Positions 16,564 through 24,805 of a stretch of DNA of 24,805 nucleotides are shown piece by piece (the first letter of the stretch is position 1; each line of letters starts with the position of its first letter). Below the pieces are notes generated by a model. It was not told the origin of the DNA. It made no database searches and saw nothing but the letters and a program-made list of their open reading frames with translations. Source of the stretch: Candidatus Izemoplasmatales bacterium. GTDB taxonomy: Bacteria; Bacillota_I; Bacilli_A; Izemoplasmatales; Hujiaoplasmataceae. The translations under genes and the position numbers were made by a program. The DNA lies in assembly GCA_050177605.1 (NCBI GenBank), contig JBFXGX010000025.1, positions 1,563 through 26,367 of the forward strand, given 5' to 3'.

Positions 16564-17894
16564 ACGAGTCCTTTGTTTTGAAGTGCTTGACGATAAACAT
16601 CTGCAGCTTCAAAGTCTTTATTTGCTCTCGCTTCATCCCATTTTCTAAACAATTCTTTATCTTCACTAGAAAGCGGTGTGTAAGATTCTTTTATACCAAG
16701 AATGTCCATAAATAAGTCGGCGAGGTAACCAGCGCTACTGAATACACTCCAATCGACTTTCGATCTGAGAGCTACATTGATCCATTTGATTAAACCTTGT
16801 AATTCAGTAATCGCATTCGGGGTGTTAAAATCATAATCCATAGCTTCCATAAAACGATTAAGAAACCCTAAAAGTGTCTCGTCTTGAACCTCGGATACCA
16901 TTTCGATATTTTGTAAATCTAATTTCCGATGAAGCTGGGATACTGTAGAAACCATTTTTAAGTACTCTTTATCATAAGCTTCAAGATTATCGCTACTATA
17001 GTTTAAAGGCGAACGATAATGTGTTGCGAGCACAAAAAGGCGGAACGATTTCGGATTGACTGGAAGGTCTTTGACCCAAATCAAATTTCCTAAAGATTTT
17101 GACATCTTTTCGCCATCTAAATTAAGTCGTCCATTATGCATCCAAATTTGTGCTAAAGAATGATCGTGTTGCGCAATTGATTGCGCAATCTCATTTTCGT
17201 GATGTGGAAAAATCAAATCACTTCCTCCACCGTGAATATCAATCTTGCCATGAAAGATATCATCAATCATCGTACAACATTCAGTATGCCATCCTGGTCT
17301 ACCTTTCGAGAATGAGGCGTCCCATGCAATTCCTGTTTCAGTTTTCTTCCACAATGTAAAGTCGACTGGACTTTCTTTTAATTCATTCACTTCGACTCTA
17401 GCACCACTAATTAAATCGTCGAGTTTACGATTTGATAAATGTCCATACTCCTCAACTTTAGAAACACGGAAATAAACATCGCCGTCTTTTTGATAAGCGA
17501 ATCCTTTGTCGACCAATGCTTCAATATAAGCAATAATTTGATTCATATATTCTGTAACTTTTGGTTTTAAGTAATCTGTTTTGGATCCAAGTCGTGCGAC
17601 ATCTTCTAAAAAAGCATTGATATAATACTCACTCACTTCTTTTTCAGTTTTATGCTCATCGATGGCTTTTTGAATGATTTTATCATCCACATCCGTAAAA
17701 TTAGACGCAAAATCGACATGATATCCTAAGTATTCAAAGTATCGTCGTACTGTATCGAAAAAAATCACCGGTCTTGCATTACCGATATGAATATAATTAT
17801 AGACGGTCGGTCCGCAGACATACATCGATACTTGTCCTTTTTTTAGGGGGATGAATTCTTCATAAGAAGACGTATAAGTGTTATAGATTTTCAT
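16560..17894 (-). CDS. cysS: Cysteine--tRNA ligase (444 aa)
   Basis: YVCGPTVY..HIGN, GRPGWHTEC, DIHGGGSDLIFPHHENE and KMSKS motifs. Start reassigned to ATG 17894 (MKIYNT) after SD AGGTGA. Confidence 0.99.
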   Translation of the reverse strand: MKIYNTYTSSYEEFIPLKKGQVSMYVCGPTVYNYIHIGNARPVIFFDTVRRYFEYLGYHVDFASNFTDVDDKIIQKAIDEHKTEKEVSEYYINAFLEDVARLGSKTDYLKPKVTEYMNQIIAYIEALVDKGFAYQKDGDVYFRVSKVEEYGHLSNRKLDDLISGARVEVNELKESPVDFTLWKKTETGIAWDASFSKGRPGWHTECCTMIDDIFHGKIDIHGGGSDLIFPHHENEIAQSIAQHDHSLAQIWMHNGRLNLDGEKMSKSLGNLIWVKDLPVNPKSFRLFVLATHYRSPLNYSSDNLEAYDKEYLKMVSTVSQLHRKLDLQNIEMVSEVQDETLLGFLNRFMEAMDYDFNTPNAITELQGLIKWINVALRSKVDWSVFSSAGYLADLFMDILGIKESYTPLSSEDKELFRKWDEARANKDFEAADVYRQALQNKGLV

Positions 17895-17922
17895 TTTTTC
17901 ACCTATCCTTATCTTAATCAAT

Positions 17923-17951
17923 ATTATATGATTTTTTCGACTCTTTTACAA
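17923..17951 (-). promoter_or_regulatory. sigma-A promoter for cysS-mrnC
   Basis: TTGTAA (17951-17946), 17 nt, TATAAT (17928-17923). Confidence 0.7.
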
Positions 17952-17965
17952 GGAAAAGAAGGGAG

Positions 17966-17996
17966 AAAAAAAGAACACATCAGATGTGTTCTTTTT
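17966..17996 (-). terminator. Intrinsic (possibly bidirectional) terminator after csp
   Basis: AAAAAGAACACAT-CTG-ATGTGTTCTTTTTTT hairpin. Confidence 0.88.
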
Positions 17997-18023
17997 CGTC
18001 GGTTAACTTACAGTTTTTATCAA

Positions 18024-18221
18024 TTATAATTTTTCGATATTTGCAGCTTGAGGACCTCTAGCGCCATCAACTACGTCAAACTTAACTGCTTGACCGTTTT
18101 CTAGTGCTTTGTATCCATCGCCTTTGATTGCTGAATAATGTGCGAAAATATCTTTGCCATTTTCATCAGTGATAAATCCATAACCTTTTTCTGCGTTAAA
18201 CCATTTTACTGTTCCGTTCAT
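18024..18221 (-). CDS. Cold-shock domain protein (CspA family)
   Basis: [15 protein letters not shown] (RNP1), DIFAHYSAI (RNP2) and RGPQAAN. SD AAGGAG. Confidence 0.98.
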   Translation of the reverse strand: MNGTVKWFNAEKGYGFITDENGKDIFAHYSAIKGDGYKALENGQAVKFDVVDGARGPQAANIEKL

Positions 18222-18255
18222 TTGTTTCTCCTTAAAATATTTTGATGCTATAAGT

Positions 18256-18284
18256 ATTATACACTTTCATTTATAAAAATGCAA
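18256..18284 (-). promoter_or_regulatory. sigma-A promoter for csp
   Basis: TTGCAT (18284-18279), 17 nt, TATAAT (18261-18256). Confidence 0.72.
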
Positions 18285-18328
18285 ATATTTTTTGTTTTTA
18301 TCAAAAATACCTGAAATAGTGACGTCGT

Positions 18329-19573
18329 CTAGCTTTCAGTGTCTTCTTCAATAAAGTCAACTTTCTCAATTGTTTCGAACTTCGAAGTAATTTTATCGAC
18401 TCTTGAAGAGACGCTTTCAGATTGTTTCGTCAGCGAAGAAATGTTTTTGCTTAATGTGGCCCATTCATTTCCAAAAAGACGGAAATCTTTACTTAAGTTT
18501 TTGAGTTGTTCTAAAATGATTTGAATATTATTTCTTTGTTCGGAATCCTTCACAATCGTTAAAATACCCGATAAGAGTGGAATGAGTGTCGTTGGCGACA
18601 CGATCGTTACTTTTTTGGAAACGGCATATTCAACTACATTCATCAGTTTTGAATGCACCATGGCTAAAATACCATCGCTAGGAACGAACATGATTGCGTA
18701 CTCTGCTGTTTGATTTGGGATAATATATTTAGATGCAATCGCTGTAATATGTTTTTTGACTTCACTTCCAAAACTTTGAATTAGTTTTTCTTCTTCGTCT
18801 TTCGACAAATCTTTATTATCAAATAGTCTTGAATAGGATGAAAATGGGAATTTAGAATCGACCGCAATCATTCCATGAGGTTTTGGCATGAACACGACAG
18901 CGTCAGCGCGAACGGATTCTTTATTTCCTTTTTCTTCTCTTAATGTATATTGCGTTTGATAGAGTTTTGGATTATCTCCGTAAACACTATATAAAATTTG
19001 ATTTAGTTGATATTCTCCAAAAGAACCTCTAGCTTGATTGTTTTGTAAAATGTTTTGAAGTGAAATCATTTCGGTTGATAATCCTTCGATTTTCTTCTGC
19101 GCCTCATCAATCACACGAACACGTTCTGCTATTTGTATAAAAGTTTGATTTGTATCTTTAAACCCTTGGGACAATCTTTCTTCCACTTTTTGGTTGATAC
19201 CCATCATTTTTTCATTCAAACTGTTATTGAGATTTTGAAAATCAGTTGATAATTTAAGATTGATTTTTTCACCAAACTCCATCAAATATTTATTGACCGA
19301 TACTTGAAACTCGGCAATATTTTTTCCTGATTTTTCATTGGTCTCTAATAATTGTTTATTGACATCTGTGTTAAAGGTAAGCATTGATTTGAAAAGTGAC
19401 TCACTCATCACATTTTTAATATCATCCACTTCTTTTAATATCGACTTTTCAAAACTATCAAAAGAAAGGTCAGTTTCGGCTTTACCTTTTTTTATCAATA
19501 TAAATATAACCCCTGCCCCAATTAGTACTAATAGTACAACCGAGATAATACCTAATATTTCTGTTAACTCCAT
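18329..19573 (-). CDS. rmuC: DNA recombination protein RmuC family
   Basis: N-terminal TM, coiled coil, then RGSFGEYQL, RADAVV..P, VDSKFP, AIMFVPSD and VSPTTL motifs. ATG 19573 has proper spacing to GGAGG (the track start at 19579 is only 2 nt from it). Confidence 0.93.
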   Translation of the reverse strand: MELTEILGIISVVLLVLIGAGVIFILIKKGKAETDLSFDSFEKSILKEVDDIKNVMSESLFKSMLTFNTDVNKQLLETNEKSGKNIAEFQVSVNKYLMEFGEKINLKLSTDFQNLNNSLNEKMMGINQKVEERLSQGFKDTNQTFIQIAERVRVIDEAQKKIEGLSTEMISLQNILQNNQARGSFGEYQLNQILYSVYGDNPKLYQTQYTLREEKGNKESVRADAVVFMPKPHGMIAVDSKFPFSSYSRLFDNKDLSKDEEEKLIQSFGSEVKKHITAIASKYIIPNQTAEYAIMFVPSDGILAMVHSKLMNVVEYAVSKKVTIVSPTTLIPLLSGILTIVKDSEQRNNIQIILEQLKNLSKDFRLFGNEWATLSKNISSLTKQSESVSSRVDKITSKFETIEKVDFIEEDTES

Positions 19574-19585
19574 CAACATACCCTC

Positions 19586-21106
19586 CTAAAATATCGGACT
19601 AAAAAGATTAAACAGTCCTTGTAATAAACGCTGGAAAATCGAGCGTTTCTGCCAATTTTCCGCAGTGATTTGATTAGATAATTCCTTATCTTGTTCAAAA
19701 GATGAAACCAATCTTTGCACCGCATGATTTAAAAAAATGCCAGTCACTTCAAAATTCAAATGAAAACTTCTAGGATCGATATTCACACTACCGACGCTCG
19801 CAAGTTCATTATCAATGATCAGTATTTTCGAGTGAACAAAATGATCTTTGTATTCATAAATACGCACACCCATCGCGAGCAGTTGCTCGTAATAAGACAG
19901 CGTCGCAAAGCCTACCATCACATAATCGTGTTTCCCTGGTAGTAATAAATCGACTTCCACATTGCTTCTTCGAGCGATTTTAATCGCATTAAGAAGTTCA
20001 GGTTCAATGATCAAATAAGGTGTCACAATCTTTACCGATTTTCTGGCATGATGAATCATCTTGATATAAGCATCGCGAATGAGTCCATCTTCAAAATCCG
20101 GACCAGATTCCATTACTGTAAATAAACCTTCCATTTTTTCGGCTGATTTATTCATCTTTAAATCAAGAACATCTGAAGTAATATAATACCAGTCTTTTAT
20201 AAATACATTTTGAATCGATGTCACACCATTCCCTCGAATCAAAATATGGGTATCTCTCCAAAATCCAAACTTTGGAGAATCATGATTATATTCATCGCCA
20301 AGATTCATTCCACCCATAAATCCAACTGTACCATCAATGACTGTTGCCTTACGATGGTTTCTAAAATTCAGATTTGTATTAAAAATCGATAACTCTTGCG
20401 GTTCAAAAGCTTCAACTTTTACACCGCAATTGATCAAATCTTTCATGTACGCTTTATCTAAATGTTTATTGGATCCAACATGATCATAGATGATATACAC
20501 CTTCACACCTTCAAGCGCTTTTTGTTTTAACACATCTAACACAAGTCGACCAATCTTATCCGTCTTAATAATATAGAACTCCATGACAATATATTCATTT
20601 GCCTTCTTTAATTCGCGGATTAATTGTGGAAAGAATTCATCACCATTATTCAATATTTCGACCGAAGTATCATTTTCATATACACTACGTCCTGAAGTAT
20701 CATGAATAAACTTAAAAATATCGCCGTATGGATGGTTTTCGTAATGCGGGAACGTATTCTCCTCAAAACCTAAAAAAGCTTTTGAAGGGATTAATGGGCG
20801 TGTTTTTTCAAACTTCCTTTTGGTGAAGTCCCGTGCAAAAATCATATATAGCAAGATACCAAGCATTGGATTTAACAAAATGATAATAATCCAATAACTT
20901 TTATTATAAGCATAGGTTTGTTTTAGAAGAATTCGAATCGCAATTCCTAAAGCCACAAGCCAAAGAAAGGCTTCAATGATATATAAAACAATACCACCTG
21001 GAAGCACGCTATTCAAAGAAGAGATATAAATGTATTGTAGTAACGATACAGTATAAACAAATGTACCGATGATGAATAATCCTACAAGCAAAAAGATTCT
21101 TTTCAT
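19586..21106 (-). CDS. cls: Cardiolipin synthase (PLD family)
   Basis: N-terminal TMs and two HKD motifs (NHRKATVIDG and VHSKILIIDN), plus WRDTH, SGPD and TPY. Confidence 0.96.
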   Translation of the reverse strand: MKRIFLLVGLFIIGTFVYTVSLLQYIYISSLNSVLPGGIVLYIIEAFLWLVALGIAIRILLKQTYAYNKSYWIIIILLNPMLGILLYMIFARDFTKRKFEKTRPLIPSKAFLGFEENTFPHYENHPYGDIFKFIHDTSGRSVYENDTSVEILNNGDEFFPQLIRELKKANEYIVMEFYIIKTDKIGRLVLDVLKQKALEGVKVYIIYDHVGSNKHLDKAYMKDLINCGVKVEAFEPQELSIFNTNLNFRNHRKATVIDGTVGFMGGMNLGDEYNHDSPKFGFWRDTHILIRGNGVTSIQNVFIKDWYYITSDVLDLKMNKSAEKMEGLFTVMESGPDFEDGLIRDAYIKMIHHARKSVKIVTPYLIIEPELLNAIKIARRSNVEVDLLLPGKHDYVMVGFATLSYYEQLLAMGVRIYEYKDHFVHSKILIIDNELASVGSVNIDPRSFHLNFEVTGIFLNHAVQRLVSSFEQDKELSNQITAENWQKRSIFQRLLQGLFNLFSPIF

Positions 21107-21127
21107 ACCGATTCCTCCATAACCTCT

Positions 21128-21138
21128 ATTTTATCATA
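21128..21138 (-). promoter_or_regulatory. Candidate extended -10 promoter for cls-rmuC
   Basis: TATGaTAAAAT between the upstream terminator and the cls SD GGAGG. The -35 is weak. Confidence 0.5.
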
Positions 21139-21158
21139 GTTTCTGTGTCTTTCTAGTG

Positions 21159-21187
21159 AAAAAGAGAAATCTCAGCTGAGATTTCTC
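21159..21187 (-). terminator. Intrinsic terminator after the ABC exporter pair
   Basis: GAGAAATCTC-AGCT-GAGATTTCTC (a perfect 24-bp palindrome) followed by TTTTT. Confidence 0.85.
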
Positions 21188-21194
21188 ATTTATC

Positions 21195-22979
21195 TTAGGT
21201 TAATGATTGGTCATATTGCAAACGATAAAGTTGATAATAGTGACCTTTTTGTCTAATTAGTTCTTGATGATTTCCGGCTTCAATAATTTTACCTTTTTGC
21301 ATCACTAAAATTTTATCGACATGCTGAATTGTTGAAAGACGATGGGCGACGATGATCATCGTCGAAATATTCATCATTTTTTTCAGCGATTCTTGAATCA
21401 TTTCTTCGGTTTCTGTATCGATATTCGCTGTCGCTTCATCCAAAATCATCACCGAAGGGTTATGGACAATCGTTCGTGCAAAAGATAATAATTGACGTTG
21501 TCCTGCAGAGAAATTGTTTCCTCTCTCCCTGACGGGTTCATCATATTTTTGGTCAAGTTTGTTGATAAACCAATCCGCATTCACGTATTTACAAGCGTCT
21601 AGAATGGCTTGATCACTGATGGATTCATCCCGAAGTCGAATATTTGATTCGATCGTTCCTGAAAACAAAAATACATCTTGTAACATTTGCCCGACTTTAG
21701 AACGCAGTGAACTGAGTGTAATGTCTTTAATATCGACATCATCAATTAAAATCTGACCTTTTTGAATATCATAATTTCTGACAATTAAAGAGATAATCGT
21801 TGTCTTTCCAGAACCGGTCGCACCTACAAGTGCAAGTGTTTCTTTTGGATTGACTACGAAGGAAACATCTTTTAAAATCCAATCCCCTTCATTGTAGGCA
21901 AACCATACATTCTTAAACTCAATTTTTCCCTTCAGTTCAGCTAACGGCATCGCCCCTGGTTCATTCTTAACGATTGGTTTTGTATCTAAGATGGTAAAAA
22001 TTCTTTCCCCTGAGGTAAATGCAGATTGAAGAACATCAAATTTCTCAGCGAGGTCTTGAATAGGATTGAAGAATTTAGAAATATATTGAGTGAATGCAAA
22101 TAATACACCATATGTAATCACACCTGCAAGTACTTCAAGTGATCCTACCCATAAGACGATAACTAAGGATACGACAAAGAGCATGTACATAAATGGTCGG
22201 TACAAACTGAATGTGAGTGTTTGAATAATATAACTCTTATTCAAGACTTTGTTTTTCGCAACGAACTCTTTGTATTTCTTTTCCTCACGGTTAAAGATTT
22301 GAATTAGTTTCATTCCTGATAAATGTTCTGATAAGAATGCATTAATTTGCGATACATTTGAACGTACTTTAAAATAAGCACTCCTTGAATATTTTCTGAA
22401 AATAATACTTGCGATAAAGACAAATGGCACCACGCTTGAAATGTAAAGAGTTAGTTTGAAATCTTGAATGAACATAATGATAAATACTGCCACAATCGTA
22501 ATAACATTACGGAATAGATTAATGATTACGTCTGTATAAAGTTGATTTAAAGTATCCGTATCACTTGTGACGCGTGTCACAAGTTTACCGATTGGAATCC
22601 TATTAAACTGTGAAATGGATAACGTTTCGATATGATTAAAAACATCTTCACGAATATCATAGATTATTTTTTGTCCTGTTGTTTGTAATAGAATCGTTTG
22701 TTTATAGGATACAAACGAACCAACAATCATGATAATCAAATAGAACACAACAATCATGATAATCCTTGAAAACACAATATTATCAGCGCCCAGTTCATCG
22801 ATGACTTTCGCGAGAATCAGTGGCCCTAAAAGGTCTAACCCAACCACGACAAGAACCATTAAAAACGCAATCACTAAAGGACGGATAAATGGTTTAACGT
22901 AGATCATTAAACGTTTAATAATTGTCATATCACTTAATGTCCGAGTTACTTTGTCGATATCTCCAAAACTTCTAGGCAT
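21195..22979 (-). CDS. ABC multidrug exporter half-transporter (TMD-NBD), BmrD/YheH-like subunit, 594 aa
   Basis: 6-TM domain plus NBD: GATGSGKT, degenerate signature FSAGQ, consensus ILDEA, AHR. Start reassigned to ATG 22979 after SD AAGGAGGTGA, giving an 8-bp overlap with the upstream gene. Confidence 0.94.
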   Translation of the reverse strand: MPRSFGDIDKVTRTLSDMTIIKRLMIYVKPFIRPLVIAFLMVLVVVGLDLLGPLILAKVIDELGADNIVFSRIIMIVVFYLIIMIVGSFVSYKQTILLQTTGQKIIYDIREDVFNHIETLSISQFNRIPIGKLVTRVTSDTDTLNQLYTDVIINLFRNVITIVAVFIIMFIQDFKLTLYISSVVPFVFIASIIFRKYSRSAYFKVRSNVSQINAFLSEHLSGMKLIQIFNREEKKYKEFVAKNKVLNKSYIIQTLTFSLYRPFMYMLFVVSLVIVLWVGSLEVLAGVITYGVLFAFTQYISKFFNPIQDLAEKFDVLQSAFTSGERIFTILDTKPIVKNEPGAMPLAELKGKIEFKNVWFAYNEGDWILKDVSFVVNPKETLALVGATGSGKTTIISLIVRNYDIQKGQILIDDVDIKDITLSSLRSKVGQMLQDVFLFSGTIESNIRLRDESISDQAILDACKYVNADWFINKLDQKYDEPVRERGNNFSAGQRQLLSFARTIVHNPSVMILDEATANIDTETEEMIQESLKKMMNISTMIIVAHRLSTIQHVDKILVMQKGKIIEAGNHQELIRQKGHYYQLYRLQYDQSLT

Positions 22980-24756
22980 CAAGCTCACCTCCTTCAATTT
23001 CAGCTTCAAGTTGCTGACGAAGGACCATATCTAAATATACTTTCGACGAGGCAAGCAATTCATTATGCGTACCTGAAGCGATAACCTTACCTTCTTCTAA
23101 AAAGATAATTTTATCAGCATTCTTAATTGTCGAAATACGATGAGCGATAATAATCGTTGTTTTGTTTTTACGAAGCATTCTTAAATTTCCAAGAATTTCT
23201 TCTTCGGTTTTTGTATCAACAGCACTGAATGAATCATCCATAATTAAGATATTCGGATTTTTAAGTAACGCTCTCGCAATCGAAATACGTTGCTTTTGTC
23301 CTCCAGAAAGTGTAACGCCACGTTCACCAACCATTGTTTCATATTGGTCTGGAAAATCGATAATATTTTCGTGAACATCGCTATAACGAGCCATTTTTTC
23401 AATTAAATCTGAATCTGGTTGATCAATAGCGAAAGAAATATTGTTTCTAATAATATCTGAGAAGATGAAATTATCTTGTGGGACATATCCAATCGCATCT
23501 CGTAATTTTCGAATCGATAACTTCATAATATCCGTATCATCGATTAAAATTTCATTTGTTTTAACATTGTATAACCTAAGCAGTAAATCAACAAGCGTTG
23601 TTTTACCTGCGCCAGTTCTACCAATAATACCAATAGTTTCACCCGGATTAATCACAAAGTTAATATCTTCCAGTACGGGCTTATTGGTTTTTGGATAAGC
23701 AAAAGTTAAATGATTAAATGTTATTTTACCCGTAATGTTTTCAACATCAATAAGTGACTCATCATCATGAATATCAATCGGCGTATTTAAGAAGTCACTA
23801 ATACGAGACATGGAAGCCATCGCTTGGCTTCGCATATTAATCAAACGTCCGACAGCCATCATTGGCCAAATCAATGTGCCAAAATAAGCGATATAGACCG
23901 TTAAGTCCCCCACCGAAAACTTATTAGGATCCCCCGCAGGTAAAACAGCTGCTTTGTAGACTAAATATCCCCCAATCCCAATCATCATAATTCGAATTAA
24001 GGTAATAAACATTTCAATCGATACACTCATTAACGTAGATGCACGAATAAAAGATACGTTTTTGTCTTGATTATCTTTATTAATTTTTTCAAAAGCACGA
24101 ATCTCTCTAAGCTCATTCACAAATGCCTTCACAACACTAATCCCATAGAAGTTCTCTTGGGTAAAATCAGACATATCTTCAAAAGCCTTTTGTTTTGCCT
24201 TAAATTTCCGACCTGTAATTCTCGAAACAAATGTTGCAAGAATTGCAATCATAATGAGTGGAATTAATGCAAAATAAGTAATCGTATGGTCGAGCTGATA
24301 CATCTTGTAAAATGCCATTCCACCTAAAGCGAGAACATCAAAGGTCATCATAATTCCTGGCCCAAATGCCATTCTAACAGCATTTAAGTCATTAATAAAA
24401 AGCGCCATTAGTCCACCACTCTTTTTTTCTTGGTAGAATTGTTGGCTTAATTTCACCGCATGAGAAAACATCATATTTCTCAGTTCAAAATCAATTCTTC
24501 TGGAAGTACCAAAAATAAATATACGCCATAAGAACCTTCCTCCAACAATGATTATCGCAATCCAAATTAGTTCAATCATCAAATCATGTAAAAAGGTCTC
24601 AGTTAAGGTGTTATATTCTAATCCTTCTATAATTTTTCCAGTAATCTCTGGAATAATTAATTGTGTATAATCGACGACAAATAAAGCCACTATACCGATT
24701 AAAAAGAAGAATCCGTACTTCAGATAAAATTTGTTTACATACTTGCCAAATATCAT
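22972..24756 (-). CDS. ABC multidrug exporter half-transporter (TMD-NBD), BmrC/YheI-like subunit, 594 aa
   Basis: 6-TM domain plus NBD: GRTGAGKT, LSGGQ, degenerate Walker B ILIMDD, AHR. SD GAGGAGGT. Confidence 0.94.
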   Translation of the reverse strand: MIFGKYVNKFYLKYGFFFLIGIVALFVVDYTQLIIPEITGKIIEGLEYNTLTETFLHDLMIELIWIAIIIVGGRFLWRIFIFGTSRRIDFELRNMMFSHAVKLSQQFYQEKKSGGLMALFINDLNAVRMAFGPGIMMTFDVLALGGMAFYKMYQLDHTITYFALIPLIMIAILATFVSRITGRKFKAKQKAFEDMSDFTQENFYGISVVKAFVNELREIRAFEKINKDNQDKNVSFIRASTLMSVSIEMFITLIRIMMIGIGGYLVYKAAVLPAGDPNKFSVGDLTVYIAYFGTLIWPMMAVGRLINMRSQAMASMSRISDFLNTPIDIHDDESLIDVENITGKITFNHLTFAYPKTNKPVLEDINFVINPGETIGIIGRTGAGKTTLVDLLLRLYNVKTNEILIDDTDIMKLSIRKLRDAIGYVPQDNFIFSDIIRNNISFAIDQPDSDLIEKMARYSDVHENIIDFPDQYETMVGERGVTLSGGQKQRISIARALLKNPNILIMDDSFSAVDTKTEEEILGNLRMLRKNKTTIIIAHRISTIKNADKIIFLEEGKVIASGTHNELLASSKVYLDMVLRQQLEAEIEGGELDA

Positions 24757-24805
24757 CTAGTAACCTCCTCTTGAAAAACAAGAACACTTCTATTTTACAC
24801 CAAAA

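Noticed and set aside
14732..17359. ORFs 14732-15025(+), 15138-15350(-), 15922-16155(+), 16482-16715(+) and 17150-17359(+)
   Set aside because: Overlap rpmG, sigH, rlmB, mrnC or cysS in other frames or on the other strand, with no supporting signals.
18339..24267. Remaining short plus-strand ORFs within rmuC, cls and the ABC exporters
   Set aside because: Antisense shadows with no SD or motifs.
1..24805. CRISPR arrays, tRNA/rRNA genes, T-box or riboswitches, UGA=Trp recoding
   Set aside because: Intergenic gaps are all under ~170 bp and are explained by promoters, terminators or r-protein leaders. No spaced repeats or cloverleafs were seen. Genes are intact under code 11 and TGA terminates cysS.

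Overview
Low-GC bacterial chromosomal window in which every supported gene is on the minus strand. It is the conserved Bacillota 'rif' region. In transcription order: a BmrC/BmrD-type heterodimeric ABC exporter pair, cls, rmuC, csp, cysS-mrnC, rlmB-sigH-like, rpmG-secE-nusG, [two tandem MacB-type ATPase-permease fusion genes], rplK-rplA, rplJ-rplL, a ybxB/rsmC-like methyltransferase, rpoB, and the 5' part of rpoC, which runs off the left edge. The sequence uses genetic code 11 (TGA is the cysS stop in an ATGA overlap). The reduced gene set and protein styles suggest a Mollicutes-related Bacilli lineage such as Izemoplasmatales or Acholeplasmatales, but this is inference and was not checked. 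The ORF track misses rpoC and rpmG and over-extends several starts (rpoB, rplK, cysS, rmuC, second ABC exporter). Cis-elements I can read directly: the L10 leader with attenuator, two L1-binding sites, several sigma-A-type promoters and intrinsic terminators. The most notable points are: (1) a self-contained ~4.7 kb cassette of two divergent MacB-like fusion ABC proteins, without an adaptor, splitting nusG from rplK; (2) RpoB substitutions at two rifampicin-resistance positions (E. coli D516->Q, S522->D) with H526 retained; (3) a SigH-like sigma factor with a TTG start folded with its SD into a hairpin coupled to rlmB, with yacP/rae1 absent; (4) a long, three-TM SecE. I saw no CRISPR array, tRNA/rRNA gene or mobile element.
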